Assembly: GCA_039802265.1 (NCBI GenBank)
Contig: JBDRWI010000014.1
Location: 1 to 40,459, forward strand
DNA length: 40,459 nucleotides
Direction: 5' to 3'
DNA from: a candidate division WOR-3 bacterium
Lineage (GTDB): Bacteria; Hydrothermota; Tepidihabitantia; SM23-42; JAOAFX01
Part shown: positions 28,056 through 36,454 of the stretch, piece by piece
Layout: each line of letters opens with the position of its first letter
Position numbering within the stretch: position 1 is the first letter of the stretch
Notes under the pieces: model-generated
What the model saw: the letters and a program-made list of their open reading frames with translations, nothing else
Databases searched by the model: none
What the model was told of the DNA's origin: nothing
Made by a program: the position numbers and the translations under genes

Positions 28056-28811
28056 CTATAAATTTAAGGAAGAAAGAATTTCGGCACCACACTTTTCACA
28101 ATACCAGGAATCAGGTGCATTCAAAAAACCACACTTCGGACAGGCAATTCCTTTTTCTTCTTTTTTAGAAACATCCCCAGCCGATTTCTTTATTTCTTCA
28201 AAAACCTCTGGAATTTCTGGTGCAACCAGTTCTTCAATCTTTTTCTCTTCTTCCGGTTGTTTTTCTTCCAGGATGTGTTCATCTATCTTCAAGGACTCCA
28301 TTTCAGTTATTTCTGTTTCCTTTCTTTCTTCACTCAGGATGTGTTCATCTATCTTCAAGGACTCCATTTCAGTTATTTCTGCTTCCCTTCTTTCTTCACC
28401 CTTAAGCAGTCCTTCAAGCCATTTTAGCCGCTGTGAAATCTGCTTCCGTTTATTGGTAACTTCTGAAAGACTATTCTTATGTTCAGTCATAAGTTCCTGA
28501 TATCTATTGTCATCGTATTCACCAATTGAATAACGCAACTCTGCCTCTTCAATTTTAAATCGGACTTCTCTTTCTTCACCATCCAAAATTTTATCCTCTT
28601 CTTTCAGGCGGGCAATCTCGGCCTCAACCAGTTCAACATTCTCTTTGAATTTCTCTTCAATCTGTTTTAGTTTACCCTCGTATTCCTTTTTTACCTTTTC
28701 GTAAACTTCAAAACTTACAGCCCCTTTCTTCTCTTCTATTTTCTGCAATTTGGTTAGTATATCATTCCTTTGGGCCTCGAGCTCCTGTAGTTTCTTTAAT
28801 TTATCATCCAT
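28056..28811 (-). CDS. Coiled-coil protein with C-terminal zinc ribbon
   Basis: E/K-rich heptads; CPKC...CEKC. Confidence 0.75.
   Translation of the reverse strand: MDDKLKKLQELEAQRNDILTKLQKIEEKKGAVSFEVYEKVKKEYEGKLKQIEEKFKENVELVEAEIARLKEEDKILDGEEREVRFKIEEAELRYSIGEYDDNRYQELMTEHKNSLSEVTNKRKQISQRLKWLEGLLKGEERREAEITEMESLKIDEHILSEERKETEITEMESLKIDEHILEEKQPEEEKKIEELVAPEIPEVFEEIKKSAGDVSKKEEKGIACPKCGFLNAPDSWYCEKCGAEILSSLNL
28269..28400. repeat. 66-bp in-frame tandem duplication (two 22-aa copies)
   Basis: 47-nt identical cores at 28269-28315 and 28335-28381. Confidence 0.92.
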
Positions 28812-29736
28812 ACTTCACCTCTTTTCTGAAATTTACCCTATTTCTTATCAAAAAAATTTCTAAGAGTATATCGGCAAATATCGAGCCAATCTTTATCCGA
28901 TGGTCAATCCGGGAAAGTTCATCAAGAATCTCCGCCCTGAAATTTCTGATTTCCTTTTTCTGCACACTGGAATTAGTGACCCTGACCAGGGCATCGATTA
29001 CTTCTGCCGGCGATTGAAGATAGGGTTTTATCTCCTCAAATCGTCTTAAGACTTCCGGTTTTCCATCTAAAAAAGCCCGTGCTACCGCATACTTATTGTA
29101 GTCGCTAACCCCTTTTATAAAATCTCCAGAAAACCCATGGGGTATTTTTTTTGCCTCACAAAGGTAGTTTTTGATTTTCAATAGTTCATTCTCCAACCCT
29201 AAAAGGTCTTTGCTAAATTCAGCTTCCAGATACTGGATAAGGTCGGAAGGGATATTAAATTTCATTTGATTCAATTTTGTAGTTAATAAATCATGAATAT
29301 ATTTTTTATCGGGCATCAAGAAAATATGCTGGGCATTGGGGAAGGCAGAGAAAATCTTCTGCTGAACTTCATTTATCTTTTTAAAGCCCATCTCTTTGTC
29401 AAGTTGATAGGTCATCACCAGACAGCAGGAATCGGGAAGATTACGCACCAGTTGAGCAAAATTTATCAGTTCACCTTTCTCCATCTCTTCAAGTTGTTTA
29501 ACAACAACCATCCGTCTCGATGAGGCAAAGGGAATGGTATAAAGTCGACTTACTATCTCTTCGGGGGTTGATTCGGTTAGCGTCAGAACTTCGTAATCAA
29601 AAGATTCATTCACGCTGATTGCGGACTTTATCATTCCAATGGCATCAGTGATCATTGATGGTTCATTTCCGACAAGCAAGTACTGCTTGGCGATTTTTTT
29701 CGCATCCAGTTGTGCCTTTAATTCTTTAATGTTCAT
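28804..29736 (-). CDS. holA: DNA polymerase III delta subunit
   Basis: YLLVGNE, PFASSRRMVVVK and ENELLKI motifs; close to leuS. Confidence 0.75.
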   Translation of the reverse strand: MNIKELKAQLDAKKIAKQYLLVGNEPSMITDAIGMIKSAISVNESFDYEVLTLTESTPEEIVSRLYTIPFASSRRMVVVKQLEEMEKGELINFAQLVRNLPDSCCLVMTYQLDKEMGFKKINEVQQKIFSAFPNAQHIFLMPDKKYIHDLLTTKLNQMKFNIPSDLIQYLEAEFSKDLLGLENELLKIKNYLCEAKKIPHGFSGDFIKGVSDYNKYAVARAFLDGKPEVLRRFEEIKPYLQSPAEVIDALVRVTNSSVQKKEIRNFRAEILDELSRIDHRIKIGSIFADILLEIFLIRNRVNFRKEVKYG

Positions 29737-29843
29737 TTTACCATTTTACACAAATTTTTAAAAGTGTCAAGAGTGGCTATGACAGCATGGTTTTTAACTA
29801 TTGATTATTGTTGACTTTTTGGGGTAGTTGAATAAAATATTCT

Positions 29844-30332
29844 ATGATTGGACTTGGCTATGACATTCACCGGCTTGTAGAAAATCGACGGTTATATCTC
29901 GGTGGTGTTAAGATTGACTATCCCAAGGGTCTTTTAGGTCATTCAGATGGTGATGTTTTGTGTCATGCAATCTGTGATGCCCTGTTAGGTGCCGCAAAGT
30001 TGGGGGATATCGGTCAATACTTTCCCCCAACTGACAAGCGGTATAAGGACATTTCCAGTTTGAAAATTTTAAAGAAGGTTGCTGAATTTTTAAAGAATTC
30101 AGGTTTTCATGTAAAGAGCATTGATGCCATAGTGATTACCGAGGAACCCAAGATTTCACCCTATGTGAGGGAAATGAAAAAAAATATTAGTCTGGCACTT
30201 GCAATTTCTGAAGATTACATTTCAATAAAAGGAAAGACCAACGAAGGGCTCGGTGATATTGGCGAGGGTCGGGCAATTGCCGCACTGGCGGTTTGTGAAA
30301 TTGGCAGGATATATGATACCCCTGAAAGATGA
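29844..30332 (+). CDS. ispF: 2-C-methyl-D-erythritol 2,4-cyclodiphosphate synthase
   Basis: IGLGYDIHRL and GHSDGDVLCHAICDALLGA motifs. Confidence 0.97.
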   Translation: MIGLGYDIHRLVENRRLYLGGVKIDYPKGLLGHSDGDVLCHAICDALLGAAKLGDIGQYFPPTDKRYKDISSLKILKKVAEFLKNSGFHVKSIDAIVITEEPKISPYVREMKKNISLALAISEDYISIKGKTNEGLGDIGEGRAIAALAVCEIGRIYDTPER

Positions 30333-31008
30333 CATTGAATCAATAAGTAAGCCAATTGTTACTTATATAATTCTCATTTTGAATATTATCGTCTACCTCT
30401 ATGAATTCCTTTTAGGACCATACAAAGAGCACTTTATCTGGCAGTTTGGGGCTGTTCCTTATGAAATTTTCAATCCCTATATGGTGAGTGGTGGATTCAC
30501 CATCTCTCCTTATCTAAAGATATTCTTCAGTATGTTCATCCATGCCAATTTCATGCATATCCTGGGGAATATGATCTTCCTGTGGGTCTTTTCTGACAAT
30601 GTAGAGGATAGAATTGGACACTTCAAATATCTGTTCCTTTACTTAATATGGGGTATTGCAGGGGTAATGCTACATAGTATATTGTCGCCAAATTCAAAGA
30701 TTCCCATGGTCGGTGCAAGTGGTGCCATATCCGGTGTGCTCGGTGCCTATGTTCTTTTCTATCCCCGGGCAAGAATTTTAGCATTAGTGCCTTTTGGCTT
30801 TTTCTTAAGGATGACCTATATACCCTCTTTCTTCTTCATCGGTATCTGGTTTCTTTATCAATTCTTCTTAGGACTCGCTGGAATCGGGAGTACCGGTGGA
30901 GGAGTCGCCTATTTTGCCCATATTGGTGGGTTTATTGCCGGTTTTTTAAGTGCAATCCCTTTTATGGGAAGGCGAAGAAGGAGGGAGATAGATTATGAGG
31001 TATTTTAA
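30313..31008 (+). CDS. Rhomboid intramembrane serine protease
   Basis: HILGNM, GASGAISG and AHIGGF motifs; start MIPLKD. Confidence 0.93.
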   Translation: MIPLKDDIESISKPIVTYIILILNIIVYLYEFLLGPYKEHFIWQFGAVPYEIFNPYMVSGGFTISPYLKIFFSMFIHANFMHILGNMIFLWVFSDNVEDRIGHFKYLFLYLIWGIAGVMLHSILSPNSKIPMVGASGAISGVLGAYVLFYPRARILALVPFGFFLRMTYIPSFFFIGIWFLYQFFLGLAGIGSTGGGVAYFAHIGGFIAGFLSAIPFMGRRRRREIDYEVF

Positions 31009-31028
31009 AATATCGGGGGAGGTAAAAA

Positions 31029-33680
31029 ATGATTCACTTTTTACTCTGGTGTGCCCTGGCTAACTATCGCGCACCGCTGGTAAACAAGGTTGACCCGAGA
31101 TGCTTTACGAATGAGGTGGTTCGTGCCTGGGTCTATTTCACGGACAAAGGTATCAGTGAAGAAGAACTCCCTGAGGCACTCAATGTAGTTAAGCAACGAA
31201 TGAATAGTTCATCTCTTATGAGGCGCAACTTAAGAAATTCAACTATTGATTATGCTGATATACCAGTCAATGATGATTATATAGAAGAAATTGAACGCTG
31301 CGGTGGATTACTGCTCTATCGTTCAAAATGGTTGAATGCCGCAAGTTTTTTGATTGCACGCGAAGACCTTGAAGAGATTGCCCAACTGGAGTTTGTGTAT
31401 AAGATTACCCCTATTGCAAAATTTAAACGTATTGAAGAACTTGAAATGAAAATTACACAACAGGATACGAGCCTCCATACTACTAAACAACTGGCGATGT
31501 TTCACATTGATTCACTGCACAGGCTCGGAGTCTATGGTACGAATGTAAAAGTTGGTTTTCTTGACACCGGGCTGAAAAGAAGGCACGCCGCCCTGGAAAG
31601 TATCAAGGTAATTGCCGAATATGACTTCCTTGGTGGCGACCAGGCCTTTATGGATGAAATCCCGGTGTGTAATAAATCCGGCACTTACTCCAGTATTGTC
31701 TTCCATAATAAAACTGCCCGGATAGAACTCTTTCTTATTGGCGACACAACTTATATGCACCAGCCAACCCGTGATGTTTTATATACCTATTCCACAGACA
31801 ACGGTAATACCTGGTCCGAAATAAAGAAACTAACCGAAAATTTCAATTCCTGGGCAAACGAACTGACAATCTGTGGCCGGGATACGGTCTTTCTATTTTA
31901 CCGTGACCGTAACGGGATTAAATACCTCGTGATGGATACCACAGTCATTGTTCAACCAGCCGCGGTTGCTGGACTGGGATACCGTGAACCGACGGCAGTG
32001 ATGTATGATGATACGGTCTATCTTTTTTATCAAAATAGAAATAGACTCTACTTTAAGAAGGGAACCATCAATGGTTTTTTTAATGAACTGACTGTTGATA
32101 CCTCCTCAGGGAATATCAAAATACCCAAGGCAATTGTTGGGAAAGCGAAGATTGGTCTTTTCTATTATAATCTACCTGGTGATTCCATATTTTTCCTCTG
32201 GGATTCAATCACGCTTATCGGGTTTGCTAAAAAGTTCATCGGGGTTAGGGGCAAGGACCCCGAGGCAATCGCCTGTAACGATACAATCTTTTTGATCTAC
32301 AAGGATGTTGGTCCTGCATCATCTCTGCGGCTTGGTTTTATGAAATCAGTAGACTTCGGGAAGAACTTTTCTTCGCCGGTTTTTCTTTCCGACAGTCTAA
32401 ATTCAATCGGCAAGATTTCCATCGCCAAAAGCGGGGGTTCTATTATGGTCAGTTGGGAGAGTGAAGGAAAGGTTTATTTCTGCACCTCCAGCGATAACGG
32501 CAATAATTTCTCAAATCTTGATTCTCTGAATAAAGAATTCGTCTACCTACCAACATTGGGGCTGGTTGGTCAACAATTTAAGACCTTCTACTGTGCGCGC
32601 GGCGACAACAACACCGATGATACAACGGGACATTCCCGACACGGCACTGAGATGCTCGGGCTGGTTGGCGGATATGCCTATGGTTACTACACCGGTGTTG
32701 CCCCTGGTGCTCAATTCATTGTTGCCAAAACCGAAAATCCGGACTCGGTATATGAGTTTCCAGTGGAGGAGGACACATGGATTGCAGGGTTAGAGTGGGC
32801 TGAGGCCAAAGGGGCTGATATCATCTCCAGTTCACTGGGTTATACAAACTGGTATGTCTGGCCCTATGACTATGATGGTAAGACCGCACCAACATCAATC
32901 GCCGCCTATGAGGCGACAAAAAGGGGTGTTATTGTCGTAACCGCTGCTGGGAATGTGGCAATTCCCCAGTTGGTTGTCCCGGGTGATGCAATGGGGGCGA
33001 TAACCGTGGGGGGTATTGATACACTATTTACCCGCTGGGAGTATTCAGGCTACGGACCGACCTATGATGGCAGAATAAAACCGGAAATCGTCTGCCTTGC
33101 TGCCGCACCGATTGTCATCAATCCCGATTCGGTGAATGACTATCTCTATTCGTTTGGAACTTCGGGGGCTACCGCAATGGTCTCTGGAATCTGTGCCTTA
33201 CTGCTTGAGGGTCATCCAAGATGGAATGTTGATTCAGTCAGAAATGCGCTCTTTATGACTGCGAGTTTTGCCGATTCAGCATCCCAGAGCCTTGGCTACG
33301 GCTGGCCGGATGCGGTTAAGGCGTTTTACTATACAACGCCCGAATATAATCCTGTGGCGAAGTGTGGTTTTCTGACGCCATTTCCCAATCCTTTCGTAGC
33401 CAAACAGCATAATTATATTTATCTGCCATTCTTTCTAAACACCAAGACCGATGTTCAATTCAGCATCTATTCTATTTCAGGTCGACTTATAAAGAGGAAG
33501 GACTTCTGGCGTCGGTCACCTGGAAGATATACCGATACCGACCCTGCCTCGCCCAATGCTGCCTTTATCTGGGATGGCAAGGACGAGTCGGGTAACTATG
33601 TAGCAAGTGGACTTTATTACTGCCTTATGTATACCTATGGCTTCGGGAATGATATGACAAAAATTGTAGTAGTCAGGTAA
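31029..33680 (+). CDS. Exported S8 peptidase with an inserted Asp-box domain and a FlgD-like C-terminal domain
   Basis: DTG, HGT and GTS triad; three SxDxGxxW/F boxes; FPNPF...WDGKDESG..VASGLY. Confidence 0.88.
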   Translation: MIHFLLWCALANYRAPLVNKVDPRCFTNEVVRAWVYFTDKGISEEELPEALNVVKQRMNSSSLMRRNLRNSTIDYADIPVNDDYIEEIERCGGLLLYRSKWLNAASFLIAREDLEEIAQLEFVYKITPIAKFKRIEELEMKITQQDTSLHTTKQLAMFHIDSLHRLGVYGTNVKVGFLDTGLKRRHAALESIKVIAEYDFLGGDQAFMDEIPVCNKSGTYSSIVFHNKTARIELFLIGDTTYMHQPTRDVLYTYSTDNGNTWSEIKKLTENFNSWANELTICGRDTVFLFYRDRNGIKYLVMDTTVIVQPAAVAGLGYREPTAVMYDDTVYLFYQNRNRLYFKKGTINGFFNELTVDTSSGNIKIPKAIVGKAKIGLFYYNLPGDSIFFLWDSITLIGFAKKFIGVRGKDPEAIACNDTIFLIYKDVGPASSLRLGFMKSVDFGKNFSSPVFLSDSLNSIGKISIAKSGGSIMVSWESEGKVYFCTSSDNGNNFSNLDSLNKEFVYLPTLGLVGQQFKTFYCARGDNNTDDTTGHSRHGTEMLGLVGGYAYGYYTGVAPGAQFIVAKTENPDSVYEFPVEEDTWIAGLEWAEAKGADIISSSLGYTNWYVWPYDYDGKTAPTSIAAYEATKRGVIVVTAAGNVAIPQLVVPGDAMGAITVGGIDTLFTRWEYSGYGPTYDGRIKPEIVCLAAAPIVINPDSVNDYLYSFGTSGATAMVSGICALLLEGHPRWNVDSVRNALFMTASFADSASQSLGYGWPDAVKAFYYTTPEYNPVAKCGFLTPFPNPFVAKQHNYIYLPFFLNTKTDVQFSIYSISGRLIKRKDFWRRSPGRYTDTDPASPNAAFIWDGKDESGNYVASGLYYCLMYTYGFGNDMTKIVVVR

Positions 33681-33693
33681 ATTGGGAGGTATT

Positions 33694-35016
33694 ATGTTTG
33701 AAAAAATATTTAAATTAAGCGAGAATAATACAAACATCAAGATTGAGATACTCGCCGGTATTACTACATTTATGACGATGGCATATATAATTGCGGCGAA
33801 TCCAATAATTCTATCCGGTGCCGGCATGGATAAGGGGGCAGTTACCCTGGCAACCTGTATCGTTGCCGGGCTTACCACAATTATTATGGGACTTCTTTCA
33901 AACTATCCCATTGCCCTGGCACCAGGGATGGGGCTGAATGCATTTTTCGCCTACTCAATCTGTGTTGGAATGGGTATTGACTGGCGGGTGGGACTTGGCT
34001 TCTTCTTCATTGAAGGGGTAATTATCGTCATAATAACCCTCACCAAACTGCGGGAAATTATCATTGATTCCATCCCGATGACCCTCAAGTGTGCAGTGAG
34101 TGTGGGAATTGGACTTTTTTTGGCATTCATTGGATTTCAGGAGGCGGGATTTATTGCCCAGCATAAAGATACATTCATTACTATTTCGCCAATTGCGAGC
34201 CCGGAGGTTTATCCCCGCATCATCCTTGCCAGTATTGTCCTTATTATTACCGCAATCCTTCTGGTCAGGAGAATTAGAGGCGCTATATTGATTGGTATTC
34301 TTATTGGTACCGGTTTGAGTTTTATTCCATTCTTCCGCACCCGGGGTGAGGTATTACAATTACTACAACCATCTCTAACCTCGACCCTCTTCAAATTAGA
34401 TATCATCGGTGCCCTGAAACTATCTTTTATTACACTAATATTCACCCTGCTTTTTGTGGACTTCTTTGATACCGCCGGAACGGTCATCGGTCTTGCGGTA
34501 AAGGCAAAATTCATTGATGAAAAGGGGCATATACCAAGAATCGGAAGGGTTTTGTTTGCGGATTCCTTGGGGCCGGTCCTCGGTGCCCTGGTCGGTACTT
34601 CAACCGTTACATCGTATATTGAAAGTGCAGCGGGCATTGAAGAAGGGGGGAGAACCGGTCTTACCGCCGTTACTACAGGTATTTTGTTTCTGATTGCAAC
34701 ATTTGCGGCACCCCTTGTCGGTTTTATCCCGGCAGTAGCAGTCGCCCCGGCATTGATAATTGTCGGAATTATGATGATGGAATCGGTGGTAAAGATAGAC
34801 TTCAATGACTATTCCGAGGCGGTCCCGGCTTTTATAACCATTGCCAGTATGCCTTTCACCTATAGCATCTCCAACGGAATCTCCCTTGGGTTTCTTTCTT
34901 ATGTATTAATTAAGTTACTCAGTGGCAAAGGCAGGGAGGTATCCCTCATTATGTATATACTTGGTGTTTTCTTTTTGATTTTCTTTATTGCCAGTCCGGT
35001 TTTCAAAAAAACCTGA
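33694..35016 (+). CDS. NCS2/AzgA-family purine permease
   Basis: AGITTFMTMAYI, APGMGLNAFF and YIESAAGI motifs. Confidence 0.93.
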   Translation: MFEKIFKLSENNTNIKIEILAGITTFMTMAYIIAANPIILSGAGMDKGAVTLATCIVAGLTTIIMGLLSNYPIALAPGMGLNAFFAYSICVGMGIDWRVGLGFFFIEGVIIVIITLTKLREIIIDSIPMTLKCAVSVGIGLFLAFIGFQEAGFIAQHKDTFITISPIASPEVYPRIILASIVLIITAILLVRRIRGAILIGILIGTGLSFIPFFRTRGEVLQLLQPSLTSTLFKLDIIGALKLSFITLIFTLLFVDFFDTAGTVIGLAVKAKFIDEKGHIPRIGRVLFADSLGPVLGALVGTSTVTSYIESAAGIEEGGRTGLTAVTTGILFLIATFAAPLVGFIPAVAVAPALIIVGIMMMESVVKIDFNDYSEAVPAFITIASMPFTYSISNGISLGFLSYVLIKLLSGKGREVSLIMYILGVFFLIFFIASPVFKKT

Positions 35017-35387
35017 TGTCTATCTTTGTGGTGCAGAAACACTATGCAACGCATCTGCACTGGGATTTGCGCCTTGAGATGGACGGGGTATTAAAATCCT
35101 GGGCTGTGCCCAAGGAACCGCCCCGGCAGTCGGGAATAAAAAGGCTCTGTATCCAGGTTGAAGACCATCCACTGGATTATGCTGATTTTGAAGGGACAAT
35201 TCCCGAGGGCGAATATGGTGCAGGTGAAGTAGAAATCTGGGATAAGGGTGAGTATGCGATTCTGGAGAATAAAAAGAGTATTATAAAATTCAGGCCTTAT
35301 GGCAAAAAGCTAAAAGGAATTTATGTTTTATACAAATTTCCTAAGGCCGGTAAGAGCGCCTGGTTACTATTTAAAAGGAAGGGCTAA
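35016..35387 (+). CDS. Stand-alone LigD 3'-phosphoesterase domain
   Basis: FVVQKHYATHLHWDLRLE...SWAVPK...EDHPLDY..FEG.IP..YGAG.V.IWD. Confidence 0.92.
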   Translation: MSIFVVQKHYATHLHWDLRLEMDGVLKSWAVPKEPPRQSGIKRLCIQVEDHPLDYADFEGTIPEGEYGAGEVEIWDKGEYAILENKKSIIKFRPYGKKLKGIYVLYKFPKAGKSAWLLFKRKG

Positions 35388-35560
35388 AGAAAATTACCGA
35401 AAAAGCTATATAGGGAACATCATTCCTTTGCAAACACTAATTTTGGCAAGAGCAATTGGTATAGCCCTTACCTGAATATCCTGTGGTCTTTCTTTATCAG
35501 GAATTTAAAAAATCTACTACAAATTCCCAATTCGAAGACGAGATTCTAAGATAGTTTAAA

Positions 35561-35672
35561 GGTTTGGGTTGGGAAAGAGAATTGGATATTGTCTATGGGT
35601 TGGGTGGCAGGTCTTAACCAAGTTTAAAATCCCAACCTATCAACTACCCATCCCAACCCCATTTCCAAACCC
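35561..35672. repeat. Intergenic imperfect inverted repeat of roughly 6-nt units (GGGTTG / CCCAAC)
   Basis: ggtttgggttggg...gggttgggt followed by cccaacc...cccatcccaaccccatttccaaaccc. Confidence 0.65.
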
Positions 35673-35786
35673 AGATTTCTTTCTTGAACAAACCGTGCGA
35701 AAGTACGGCTTGGGCTCGGTTACCAGAAGTTTCAAAATTCCTGTATAATAAAATTCTACTCCCTTTAATCCAAAATAAGGTCTAAG

Positions 35787-36434
35787 TCATTTAGTGGGTT
35801 TTAGCACATAAATCTCAGATTGGGCAGGTAGATTCTCCCTTTTTATCTCAACTTCACCATCAAATCTCTTTACCTTTTTATTTTTTATAAAATCCTCAAC
35901 CGGTGCAATCGGAAAGTCGCATTTGGCAGTCTTAAAGTGCATTGGAATTACTACCTTTGGTTTTAATAGATTTATGATATCCTCTGCATCTCTGGCATCA
36001 ATCGTGAAGTATCCACCAACCGGAATAAGTAAGATGTCAACATTGCCGACCGTTTCTGCCTCGGATTTTGAAAGGGTATGCCCGAGGTCACCGAGGTGAA
36101 CTAAATTCATCCCATCAATTTGCATGTTGAAGATAATGTCTCTGCCTCGTTCACTTCCTTTACTTTTATCGTGGAATACCTCGGTGCCGGTTATAGTAAT
36201 TCCCTTTAGTTCTTTTTTTCCGGCTTCCCGAACAAATACCGGATTACCCTTTATCTTCGTCTCATTATGGTCATCATGCTCATGGGAGATGGTAACGATA
36301 TCTGCCTCTTCGGTAATCGGGTCATATTTTATTCCCCCGCCATAACAACCCGGTTTATAGGGGTCGGTTATTATCCTCACCCCTGTTTCCGAGGTTATTA
36401 AAAATGAGGCATGTCCCAGGAATTTAATCTTCAT
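35787..36434 (-). CDS. MBL-fold metallo-hydrolase
   Basis: FLGHASF, SHEHDDH, HLGDLG and IPMH motifs. Confidence 0.9.
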   Translation of the reverse strand: MKIKFLGHASFLITSETGVRIITDPYKPGCYGGGIKYDPITEEADIVTISHEHDDHNETKIKGNPVFVREAGKKELKGITITGTEVFHDKSKGSERGRDIIFNMQIDGMNLVHLGDLGHTLSKSEAETVGNVDILLIPVGGYFTIDARDAEDIINLLKPKVVIPMHFKTAKCDFPIAPVEDFIKNKKVKRFDGEVEIKRENLPAQSEIYVLKPTK

Positions 36435-36454
36435 TTTACTCCTTTCTTTTAATT

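Noticed and set aside
28021..28500. 159-aa plus-strand ORF with a repeat
   Set aside because: Antisense shadow of the coiled-coil gene and its duplication.
34209..34805. 198-aa minus-strand ORF and similar short antisense ORFs
   Set aside because: Fully nested opposite well-supported genes, with no recognisable motifs.
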